DNA of 64,000 nt from Octopus bimaculoides (taxonomy: Eukaryota): the NCBI RefSeq assembly GCF_001194135.2, contig NC_068999.1, forward strand, positions 7,691,193 through 7,755,192, written 5' to 3'. A program made the position numbers and the translations under genes. Below the pieces are notes generated by a model, which worked only from the letters and a program-made list of their open reading frames with translations, did no database searches and was not told where the DNA came from. Shown piece after piece: positions 53,660-64,000 of this stretch; within the stretch, counting starts at the first letter, position 1, and every line of letters starts with the position of its first letter.

Positions 53660-54620
53660 ATGCAGCCAGTCTTGGGGTGCCAGTCTTGGGGTGCCACTCT
53701 GGACGCTTTCATAGTTAGCCTTTGCCACTGGTCTCTTTTCTCCGTCATGTGAAACAAGTTCGTTTGGTCTGACCTGTCCAGTCTTTGATTTTGTCAAACC
53801 AAGATTTCCTGTCTGCCCCTCATTTGTCCTTCCTCAACTGTGCCTTGAAGAATGGCTTTGGGCTGTGAGTTGTGGCGGGTTACATGGCCATACGAGGCAA
53901 GCTTTCCTGTTTTTACCTGTACAAAGAGCTTTTCCCGTCTGCCAGCATATTTGTTGATTTACTGCCTTACAAAGCAGTTCGTTTTGTGCTCTATGTACGG
54001 GATATGAAACAGCCTCCTGAGGCTCTTGTGCTGAAATGCTTGGGTTCTTTTCTTCCTATCGGCTGTAAGAGTCCAGCTCACACACCCATTGCAGAAGGAT
54101 TAGAGTCACCAGGGACTTGTACTTTCTGAGTCTTCTTGGAAAACTAATAAAATTGTTTTTACATATGTTGCTAAAAACTTCACCATGGTAGCAGAGGCTA
54201 AACTGACTCGTACTGTTATCACTTTTTATATCTGCCGACCCTGGTTAAAGTGGAACTTAGGTACTTGAAGGTGTCCACTTCACCAAAAATCTCTCCATTT
54301 AGCATGATTCTGCTTGCTGCATTTTAGTTGCTACTGATCACGAGGATCTTGCACTTTTCTGGGCTGACCTCCATCCCGTATGCTGCTGAGCCCCTCTAGT
54401 CTTGCATCACCGCTTTCTAACAAGAAGCAGTGATCAACTAAGCGCAGGCTGGTATAGGTAGTCCTTCAATGGAAACAGATGGGTGGTGTTATACAAGCGT
54501 CTTCTGCATGATGGTTTCACAAAGGTGTTGAAAAGCACTGAAGAGGAGATACATCGTAGTCAGACCGCCAGTGTCACCTTGAAGAATTCTCCAATGTTGT
54601 TGTGCAAGAGAACTGAACTG
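53660..54620 (-). mobile_element. RTE-type LINE 3' relic
   Basis: Minus strand reads KLASYGHVTRHNSQPKAILQGTVEEG..RGRQ, with RT-domain remnants upstream (VDTFKYLS); 14-bp tandem duplication gccagtcttggggt near the 3' end. Confidence 0.8.
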
Positions 54621-55073
54621 CTTGAATTTTCAATGTTTAGATTACTTCGATAAGGTTTTTGCCCCAAAATGTAATCCTTCATCACATGCCACTATCCCCC
54701 GTGCCAAATACGTTTGTTTCAAGTTACAAAATCAAGACAATAGAATAAGAGAAAACACGAGAAAAAGCGAGAGGAAGTTGAATGCAAAAATTGGGAGGGT
54801 GAAAAAAAAAACGTAAAAAATAAAGGAAAAAGGAAAATGAGAATTAGTGTTGTGTTCTTTTGACCGCAAAACCATAACCCTAGTTGGTGTAGAATCAACG
54901 GAAGGGGTCAAAAGTCAGCTATACAGCTGCTCAATCTCTAATTTGCCAAAAGAAACTTGTCCAAATGTTTGCATACATATTACTTGGAGACTCCAGGCTT
55001 GTCATTAAACTCTGTCTGGACGACATCGTCAATGAATGTGAATGAAACTATTAGTAGCTCGTAACTATATACC

Positions 55074-55158
<85 letters not shown>

Positions 55159-55194
55159 TGTATATATTTATTTACATTAATATTGATGAGGTGT

Positions 55195-55323
55195 GATATC
55201 GACCCCGAAAGGATGAAAGGCGAAGTCGAACTCGGCGAAATTCGAACTCAGAATATAAAAACAGATGAAATGCCGCTAAGACTTTTGTCCGGCGTGCTAA
55301 CGATTCTACCAGCTCACCGCCTT
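55195..55323 (-). mobile_element. SINE family B
   Basis: atcgaccccgaaaggatgaaaggcgaagtcgaactcggcgaaattcgaactcagaa...gctcaccgcctt. Confidence 0.85.
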
Positions 55324-56409
55324 AATTGCTCAGCAAATATCAATTCGTATATTTAGAGCTAGTTCACATTTGTTTGCATGTTCTTACATATTTCAACTAA
55401 ATTCAGATTAACCCTATCAGTTTTGACAGGTACTAAACTAGTAAGTAGTATTATATTGCTATTCACCACATTAGCTTTCTATATTCACGATGGTATCATG
55501 CCAGCAGAGAAATGTCATAATTTAAATAAATATTGCGTCTAGAAGCATTGTAGCTAAGTGCAGTCGTGATTCTCACACAGGAATAAAGAAAATAACATGT
55601 CCATTGGGGAGAACAAAGTTGCTATTACGATCTTATTATACGGAAAGCACTTCGTTAATGAATGCTTAAACTGATGTAAACATTAACTGAATAAGCAAGC
55701 TATTCACATTTAGGAAATATGCTGTGTTCGCTTCTATTCTGCAGATCAGAAGTTAACAGTTAAATAAACATCAAGAATAAGCACTGCTTCAGCCATAGTA
55801 TGTTTCATTGTAATCGTATTTAGATGTGTGATCATCATTGATAGAGAAATGACTATTAGCAAGTAAATGTTTGATAGACAAAATGGATATGGCAAGTCAG
55901 AGTTATTGCATTGTTACAGAAAATGTGTGGAGTTGCATAATTATGTAATAATTGATACAGCCTAATATAAATAGGTGCAGATACCACCATGTGGTTGCGA
56001 TATATCCTCCGCGACAACCCGGGTACGGTATTCAGATATTATTATAGGAAAGGTCACCTTCGCGAGTCATGTGGACACATAAGGGCCGGTGAACAGTTAA
56101 TAAGTTATTTGAGTTTATTTTACATACTTCAGTGGGAGGACTGTGGCCATGCTAGAGCACAGTCTTGATGGGTTTGTAAGCAAACTGATCGAGCCAAGTA
56201 CTTAGACACAATGACAAACACACGCATACACATACATATATATACTGCAACATAGGTTTCCATACAGTTTATATCAATCAAATTACAAAATTATCTAAGG
56301 TAGTTTATATACATACATCTGTACATACATATATGTGTGTGTGTGTGTGTTTGAGTATACATATTTATACATATATACGCATATATATATATGTATGTAT
56401 AAGTGTGTA

Positions 56410-56446
<37 letters not shown>

Positions 56447-57043
56447 TCGTCTGTATACGCATGTATGTGCATATGTGTGTACGTATACAACTAAGTATAC
56501 CTCTAGAAATTACCAGAACTAGGTTACTGTGATAATTATATTCGCCCACACAATAATGATATAACCATTGAAGTGAAAGAAGAGGAATTGGACACCACAC
56601 AGTTTCAAATCAGCCAAATCACCGAGTTTCCTTGATGGTGCTAATTATGATACCTGTGTCAGTGGTGTTCGTGGTAGTGTTAGTGGCAGTGGTGTAGCGG
56701 AAGTTGGAGTTATCGGTGGGGTTGGGGTGGAGTTGGATAATAATGTATTCTGCTATGTTGAAACGATCCTCACCATGTACATAAACATAGAGTGACATCT
56801 CCTCACTTAATGCAAAACGTTTGTGATGATGAGAAAAGACGGAGATGAAAGTCTTAGAGGGAGATAGAGACAGAGAGATACGGATAGATAGATAGATAGA
56901 TAGGGAGAGAGAGAGAGAGACAGAGAGAGACAGAGAGAGAGAGAGAAATCGATATGTCGTATGAGATTCTTTGTAAATAACTTTTAGATCAAGTGATAAA
57001 TTTCCTTCAGTGTTTCCCTGCTTTCGTGGTAAGAACTAGGTTC

Positions 57044-57181
<138 letters not shown>

Positions 57182-57441
57182 ATCTATCAATATATACATC
57201 TATGTACGTAGGTTCATATAAGCACGAGTGCGTATCTGTGTGTACTTATGCACACATGATAAATATATATATATATATATATGTGCGTGTGTGTGTGTGC
57301 GTGTGCGTGTATATATATATATATATATATACGCATGCATACATTTATACTCAAATAGACAGTCACACACACACACACAGAAACTCACACACATAAATAC
57401 ATCTCTACATACAAATAGATAGACAAACAAATAGATAGGTG

Positions 57442-57505
<64 letters not shown>

Positions 57506-58243
57506 CATACATACATACATACATACATTCATACATACATACATACATACATAGATGTCTATTCTCACACGTATACACACGCGCACACACACAAGCACTT
57601 ATTAGTTACTCCTTGTTCTATGGCTGGCTGAAATTTCTTGATCTCTTCTTGCATTGCCACGCTACGACATTTCAAGTTGAATTCTATACAATTAAATTCT
57701 TGCCTTCAGCTTTATTCCTTACTTCTTCCTTGTCTTCGTTCTGTTGTCACGAATTTTTCTAGTATATTCGCTCGACAGATTTTAAATCATTATTATTGGA
57801 AGCATAAATTGTTCAGTAAGAACCATCATCATTTCTGCTCCTGCTCAACCTCCCTTACGTATAATCACAAACAGATTCGCATGCAAGCACAGAACAGTCC
57901 CTCGCAACGTGAACAATGTCTGACAGGAAACAACATGGACTTATATATGGCGTAGTTTGTTGAATGTTTCTTAATTGATAACTAGAAACTTCATTTAAAA
58001 TTTCTTTTTGACTCTTAGATTATCGAGCAAATGAAGAGAAAGCAATAAGGTGCAAATAACAAAATAATTTCAGATGAGCAAAACCGAAAAGGAAATAATA
58101 TTAGATTTGTAATCAATTTTTTTTTCTTTCTCAAATTAATTTCTTTAAATCCTATTATTTGCTTTTCCTGGTTTTTTTTCCTAATTACCTGTTTGCCTAA
58201 CATATTTACATTTATTGAGTGACGGAAATATAAATACGAATTA

Positions 58244-58298
<55 letters not shown>

Positions 58299-58361
58299 GT
58301 AATAAGTAATGACATTAATAATGACAGTAATTTAATAACAACCACTACCAAAGCAAAAACT

Positions 58362-58415
<54 letters not shown>

Positions 58416-58728
58416 ACTACGACAACAACAAAAAACAACAATAATACCAACATTTATTATAAAGCATTTCGATTGAATGGAAGAACTGCAACACTCAATT
58501 GATAAATTATGACTTCTATTATGAATAATTAAGACACTTAATATGAATATTAATTAGTAAGTAAAATGCTAAAAGAAGGATAATGCAATCAAAAACTAAA
58601 TCGAAATAGAGAAATTAATATAATAGCGAACAAATGATCAATATTGATATTAAAGTTTAATGTTATTTCTACATGTGTGCGTTTGTGTATGTACATGTGT
58701 ATGCATGTATGCATGTATGCATGAACGT

Positions 58729-58791
<63 letters not shown>

Positions 58792-59159
58792 CAATACGGG
58801 AATAACTATATTTCTATGAATTTCTCTCAGAGTGCTTTCCTCGTTCGACACGTGGTGTAATAATATAAGTGAAAATATTTTATGTGGTTAGACGATTTCG
58901 CGTCTATNNNNNNNNNNNNNNNNNNNNNNNNNNNNNNNNNNNNNNNNNNNNNNNNNNNNNNNNNNNNNNNNNNNNNNNNNNNNNNNNNNNNNNNNNNNNN
59001 NNNNNNNNNNNNNNNNNNNNNNNNNNNNNNNNNNNNNNNNNNNNNNNNNNNNNNNNNNNNNNNNNNNNNNNNNNNNNNNNNNNNNNNNNNNNNNNNNNNN
59101 NNNNNNNNNNNNNNNNNNNNNNNNNNNNNNNNNNNNNNNNNNNNNNNNNNNNNNNNNNN

Positions 59160-59310
59160 ACAGGGATTAGCATGAGTTGCTTCTCCAACATACTGAGAAT
59201 TCAGAAATAGCAGTCAAAGAGAAAAACTTTGTAGTTTGGAATCAGTAGTTCTTTGACTGCTATTTCTGAATTCTCAGTATGTTGGAGAAGCAACTCATGC
59301 TAATCCCTGT
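59160..59310. repeat. Perfect 61-bp inverted repeat with 29-nt loop
   Basis: 59160-59220 is the exact reverse complement of 59250-59310. Confidence 0.9.
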
Positions 59311-59870
59311 ATATTTATGATTATAAATGGTTTTACCGATAAAGTTTTTTTCATACTGAACTACTCGGCAAAATTGTTAATTATTAATTTTATTACTAAT
59401 TGACGATTCCCTGCTCTATATCTGTATATTATATATATATATATATATATATACAAAGTGTGATGGGGTTTTAGTTCACAGGTGATCTAAACGACTAGGA
59501 ACGCTAGGTAAGTGCTACAACAGATTACCAGATCTCTAAAGTTATATCCGAGACGGTAATTATGGAGCCATTGTAGATTTCTGATATAGAGGATATATAA
59601 TTGTTAAAGAGGACAACAAACGTTAAGGCAAGACAAACCTCTCGAGTCGTATACATTATTATTACTGGAAAAATTTAAAGTCTTACGGCTGTTTCTGGGA
59701 CATCCTAGAGTATGGGATATTCCGTAATCGGAGACAAATAGGGAAAATGAGATGAGTATAAATTAATGAAATGACGACAGGGAGGAGAGGAGAAAATGAG
59801 TAAGGAGGTGAAGAAAGAGAAGAAAATGAAGCATAAAAGTTCACTGTTCAACTTTCCGATCATGTAAAAT

Positions 59871-60444
59871 TAAGTCCGTAAATCCTCAGGTGCAATCCTG
59901 TGTAAATCTATGTAGGTTAATGTTCTAATAGCGTGAATATCCAGAAATAGACGCGAACGTAAAGAAAGATAAATAAATAGAAAGAGAGGTGAGGGAGAAA
60001 GTTAAGGATCAGCCCTAAGGATAGAATAAAGTAATATACTGTATAAGAATATAGAGTACAGAAATAACCAATAAGATAAATAAATATATTAAAGAAAATA
60101 AGGGGAGAGGAAGAGGAGGTAAAAGAAGATAATTAAAAAAAACGAAATAAAGTAAAATCAAAGGAATTATCTTCTTGGTTATTTCTGTACACAATATTCT
60201 TATACATGTTATACCTTATTTTATCCTTAAGGCTAATCCTTAACTACCTCCTTCGCTCTCTCTCTCTGCCTCTCTTTCTATTTATTTATCTATTTTTTTT
60301 TCTTTCTTTCTTTTTACCATTTAATAACCACCTCCGTTACCATTCTGTCATTGAACGTTGCGTCTATTTTGGGATATTTAAACTATTAGGACTTTAACCT
60401 AGATGGATTTTATACAGGATTGCACCTAAGGACTCACGAACTTA
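59871..60444. repeat. Diverged foldback, arms 59871-60079 and 60167-60444
   Basis: cctcaggtgcaatcctgt/acaggattgcacctaagg, aaatagacgc/gcgtctattt and gtacagaaataaccaa/ttggttatttctgtac are all collinear. Confidence 0.85.
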
Positions 60445-60826
60445 CGAACTTACTTCAATATCTATTTTCTGCTCAGCGAATTTTTATGTAAAATTTTACA
60501 GATTCTGCATCCATGTGTCCATTAATCTAATCAATCCTCAGACGGAATTACCGTGACACTGCATTGTAGTTTCCAAGGGTGGACCATTAAATAATAGGTA
60601 CAATCCATTCGATAGGCTTCCACACATTTTCTCTACTCACTTTCAATCATCAATCTTGAGTAGACTGGTAATTATGTTAAGAAGCTATATTTGTTCGTGT
60701 ATAAGTCTCCCCTTCATTTAGTGTGAAATCATATAAAATGTTTCTGCTTCATAGCTTTAGCTTCGCCATTTACAGTTTGATGTGAGAAGATAACTGTCCA
60801 ATAGTCGTATCATATTTTATCATATA

Positions 60827-60921
60827 GCCTCTAGCTTAAATACTGTGCCTCTTGCTTAAACACTGTGCCGCTAGCTTAAACACTGTGCCTCTATCTTAAA
60901 CATCGTGCCATTAGCTATAAC
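60827..60921 (+). repeat. 20-bp minisatellite, ~4.7 copies
   Basis: Unit gcctctagcttaaacactgt. Confidence 0.85.
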
Positions 60922-62083
60922 GTCATCCATCTGTCCCATGAAACTGGTTTTTGCAAATTGTTCTTATTTAAAGTAGTTTAATGCATTTTAAAAATTTCTA
61001 GTAAAACAAAAAACGTGTTAAAATTGTCTGAAATAGTGTATACTGAGCTCTGAGCTCTGTCCAATCGGTTGTATATGGAAATATATACATCGCATATGAA
61101 TAATAGTGATATTGGTGTTCATCATTTCAATGACTTTGAAATTTTATTTGCATAACAAGATTTGGAACCAGCCATTATATTCCACAGCTACATTCCGGAC
61201 AGAAAGGAAAATTAACGGCAGTCGATGTTTAGCAGTCAAGTGGTTTCATGTCGGATGGATTTCGTCTCGGTAATTCGTTAAAAGCTTTATATAAACAGAT
61301 AAAAAGATTTTCTTAGCCGTGGTGATAGTACTGCATATTTTGAGTAGAATCGGAGCACCTACGGCAAAATCAATAGCTCAGAGATTTAGTAGTGCAACAG
61401 TCGTCGATGTAAATGCTATTTGTCAATGTTAGCGAAAATGGTCGAAAAGTGAATTCTATATGATGAGTGGAATAATAGATTTATGCATTCCAGTCTGAAT
61501 AACGCTAATTTGTTGAGTAAAATAGATTTCTCTTAAACATACAACACATAAAAAAAAACCCCTATCAGTTACAGATCTAAGTTGAATTACTAAAGCATAA
61601 TTGCAGCGAATATTATTCAGACACGAATATATGGTTAAGCCCCTACAGTTACGTATGTCGTTCAATATTTGCATATTACTTCTCAACAATTTCTCCACAC
61701 TCATAACAGAATACCCCGAATGTTACAAATATGGTAATAAGTGCAGAAAACGTAGAAGACAACGAAAAGCAAAGAGATTGTCGTATAGCCATGAATAGTA
61801 AAGAAGCACTGAAAATGTGTAATTACTGCGTATTTTTTATTTTATTTATTATTTTTTTTTTACCGTGAGTGATTTTAAACATTAAGTGAACATTTGCTTC
61901 ATGAAACGCTCATTGACAATCCGTGATGGTTTGTTGATTATACGGTTTAAGAGATTTTTTTAGAGGACTATTTATATTTAAGTGTGTTTGTGCACATGTA
62001 TATATATGCGTATGTATGTTTATGTATGTAAATATACAGGTATATACACATAGACATATATATGTACATGCATATGCTCGTGC

Positions 62084-62123
<40 letters not shown>

Positions 62124-63359
62124 GATCTATTTGTACATTCTAATGTTAACTAGATACTTTTGCATTTACTATCCTTGCCAATCATTAGCCTTCCAGCTAA
62201 AAGCAATATTACCGAATTACGATAATTACAGTTGAAACCAGGAAATTTTCATTTAGTAAGAAAACCATTCTGTTTACGCTTGCCTCTATTATACCTTAGA
62301 TGTGTGTGTGTGTATACATACATACATACATACATGCATANNNNNNNNNNNNNNNNNNNNNNNNNNNNNNNNNNNNNNNNNNNNNNNNNNNNNNNNNNNN
62401 NNNNNNNNNNNNNNNNNNNNNNNNNNNNNNNNNNNNNNNNNNNNNNNNNNNNNNNNNNNNNNNNNNNNNNNNNNNNNNNNNNNNNNNNNNNNNNNNNNNN
62501 NNNNNNNNNNNNNNNNNNNNNNNNNNNNNNNNNNNNNNNNNNNNNNNNNNNNNNNNNNNNNNNNNNNNNNNNNNNNNNNNNNNNNNNNNNNNNNNNNNNN
62601 NNNNNNNNNNNNNNNNNNNNNNNNNNNNNNNNNNNNNNNNNNNNNNNNNNNNNNNNNNNNNNNNNNNNNNNNNNNNNNNNNNNNNNNNNNNNNNNNNNNN
62701 NNNNNNNNNNNNNNNNNNNNNNNNNNNNNNNNNNNNNNNNNNNNNNNNNNNNNNNNNNNNNNNNNNNNNNNNNNNNNNNNNNNNNNNNNNNNNNNNNNNN
62801 NNNNNNNNNNNNNNNNNNNNNNNNNNNNNNNNNNNNNNNNNNNNNNNNNNNNNNNNNNNNNNNNNNNNNNNNNNNNNNNNNNNNNNNNNNNNNNNNNNNN
62901 NNNNNNNNNNNNNNNNNNNNNNNNNNNNNNNNNNNNNNNNNNNNNNNNNNNNNNNNNNNNNNNNNNNNNNNNNNNNNNNNNNNNNNNNNNNNNNNNNNNN
63001 NNNNNNNNNNNNNNNNNNNNNNNNNNNNNNNNNNNNNNNNNNNNNNNNNNNNNNNNNNNNNNNNNNNNNNNNNNNNNNNNNNNNNNNNNNNNNNNNNNNN
63101 NNNNNNNNNNNNNNNNNNNNNNNNNNNNNNNNNNNNNNNNNNNNNNNNNNNNNNNNNNNNNNNNNNNNNNNNNNNNNNNNNNTGAAGAAGTGCTGCTTCA
63201 GGGTGTTTCCGGAACGTCCGATGAATTTTCGAATGCTGCTTCTGTTGATGTTGTTGCTGCTACTGTTGCTGGTGCTAGTGTTGTTGGTGCTGGCGTTGTT
63301 GGTGTCGTTGTTGGTGATGGCTTCGTTCATGCTGGTGTAGGGGACATCATCATTGACAG

Positions 63360-64000
63360 AGTTGTCGCCATTTTATATATTTAATTTCGCGCATTGGTTG
63401 TCTTTGCTTTTGTCGACTGTACAGTATGGTAGGGTCAGTTGGGCTTCGGCTGTCATAAAAACAGCACCATGACGCAATTCTCTCTGTCAGCAATCTAGAA
63501 GCTACATGCTGCGCTGCCTGGCATTCGCGCCGGAAGCTCCAATACGCACATTTCAGTTTGGGTGTGAAGCTGCAGACAGCGCTATCTGAGGACATGTACT
63601 GAGAGTGATAAAAATCAAATATCCAGTAAACATCATGTTGTTAGGAGTGATCACTAGTGATGACGATGTTATTCCTCCATTCATCTTCCCATACGGCCTC
63701 AAACTGAACACGGAGGCCTACATCAAGTGCCTGGAGCACGTAATGATGCTCTGATTGAAGACCCTTTCTCAGGCAACAGGACTCTGTACCATGCAACAAA
63801 AGCAGGAGAGCTCAGCCATGGATGTCTGGCAATTCCTTCGACCACATCACTGTAAACATCTGTCCACCAAAGATGAAGTGAAAGCAAGGAGTTATGCAGC
63901 ATTCACCAGCTTAAACGCGGAGACCGTCCAGAAGAGTCGCTTGAGATTCCGGAGTCGTCTGGAGGATGTGGTTGAAGCCAATCGCAATTTTATTGAATAA
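63360..64000 (+). mobile_element. Internally deleted Tc1/mariner transposon
   Basis: 5' part homologous to 11300-11500; joined to IKYPVNIMLLGVITSDDDVIPPFIFPYGLKLNTEAYIKCLE and ending RFRSRLEDVVEANRNFIE*. Confidence 0.8.

Overview
AT-rich, microsatellite-saturated eukaryotic draft sequence with many N gaps. The repeat landscape resembles an octopus/cephalopod genome; this is an inference from recalled SINE families, not a database result. No complete protein-coding gene, rRNA, true tRNA or CRISPR array can be supported. The long ORFs in the supplied track are artefacts of gaps and simple repeats. The window is mostly transposon relics: several tRNA-derived SINE families, RTE and R4/Dong-like LINE fragments, two Chapaev3 (CMC) relics, Tc1/mariner fragments, a hAT-like end, and Penelope-like (PLE) fragments. 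The most notable signal is a set of minimal type I hammerhead ribozyme motifs in PLE-like fragments. One is canonical (27546-27646, minus). Two lie in opposite orientation as the arms of a long inverted repeat at 50254-50702, and several more are degenerate. There are also long foldbacks (4.3 kb, 59.2 kb, 59.9 kb), a duplicated miRNA-like hairpin (29.0 and 29.8 kb), and a few low-confidence candidate exons.
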